In this document: positions 63,352-64,000 of the stretch, in pieces
Layout: the number at the start of each line of letters is the position of its first letter
Position numbering within the stretch: the first letter of the stretch is position 1
Source: Neocallimastix sp. 'constans'
Taxonomy: Eukaryota
Assembly: GCA_050613775.1 (NCBI GenBank)
Contig: JBODTK010000133.1
Coordinates: forward strand, 1-64,000
Reading direction: 5' to 3'
Length of the DNA stretch: 64,000 bases
Translations under genes and position numbers: made by a program
The notes under the pieces: generated by a model
What the model saw: only the letters and a program-made list of their open reading frames with translations
Databases searched by the model: none
Told to the model about the DNA's origin: nothing

Positions 63352-64000
63352 TTTTTCTATTTTAATTTTTCTTTTATTAAATTTATTTATTTATTATAAT
63401 TAATTTAGTTTTTTTATTTTTTTTATTTTTTTTTATTGATTTTAATAAATGAATTATCCAGTCATTTTTCTTTTAAACTTAAATCCAAATTATTTAATGG
63501 CCAAAATTATAAAAAAAAAACAAAATAAAACAATAAAAAATAAAATAAATAAAAAAGTGGATCAGTTAATTGATGTATCATAAATAATAAATAATAATTA
63601 AATAAATAATAAATAATAATAATAAATAATAAATAACTAATAAATAATAAATAATAATAAATAATAAATAACTAATAAATAATAAATAATAATAATAAAT
63701 AATAAATAGAGTATTTATTAATAAATAATAAATATTAAATAATAAATAATAAATATTAAATATTAAATAATAAATAATTGAATATTAAATAATAAATGAT
63801 AAACAATATATAATTTTTATTATTATTATTATTATTATTAATATTAACTGTATTTGCTATCAATTTATATATCTATGTAATTATACTTTTTTCTTTAATT
63901 GAAATAGTATATCTAATTTATTATTTTTATTAAGATTAAAAATTAAACTATAGCAAAATAATTAAAAACTAAACAAAATTTAATAATTTAATAATTTAAT

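Overview
Extremely AT-rich eukaryotic DNA with short GT-AG introns. It is most consistent with an anaerobic gut fungus (Neocallimastigomycota), which is an inference. 1-4.1 kb holds decayed Mutator-like (MULE) DNA transposons and a MITE-like remnant. 4579-4671 is an intron-containing tRNA-Ile(TAT) gene on the minus strand. Starting 15 bp upstream of the tRNA, a ~34 kb unbroken chain of 14 LTR-type insertions runs outward: 2 full-length Ty3/Gypsy elements, 11 solo-LTR-like units and 1 truncated element, from about 9 distinct LTR types. They are separated only by 3-6 bp variants of the tRNA-flank target (A)ATTT. The target-site duplications, LTR divergence and nesting all indicate that each new element landed at the same spot beside the tRNA and pushed older ones outward, producing an ordered insertion record. 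Three unrelated solo LTRs with ordinary 5-bp TSDs are nested only in the distal (older) members. The right part has three spliced host genes: an Mdj1/DNAJA3-type DnaJ, LAMTOR1/Ego1 and HAP2/NF-YA.
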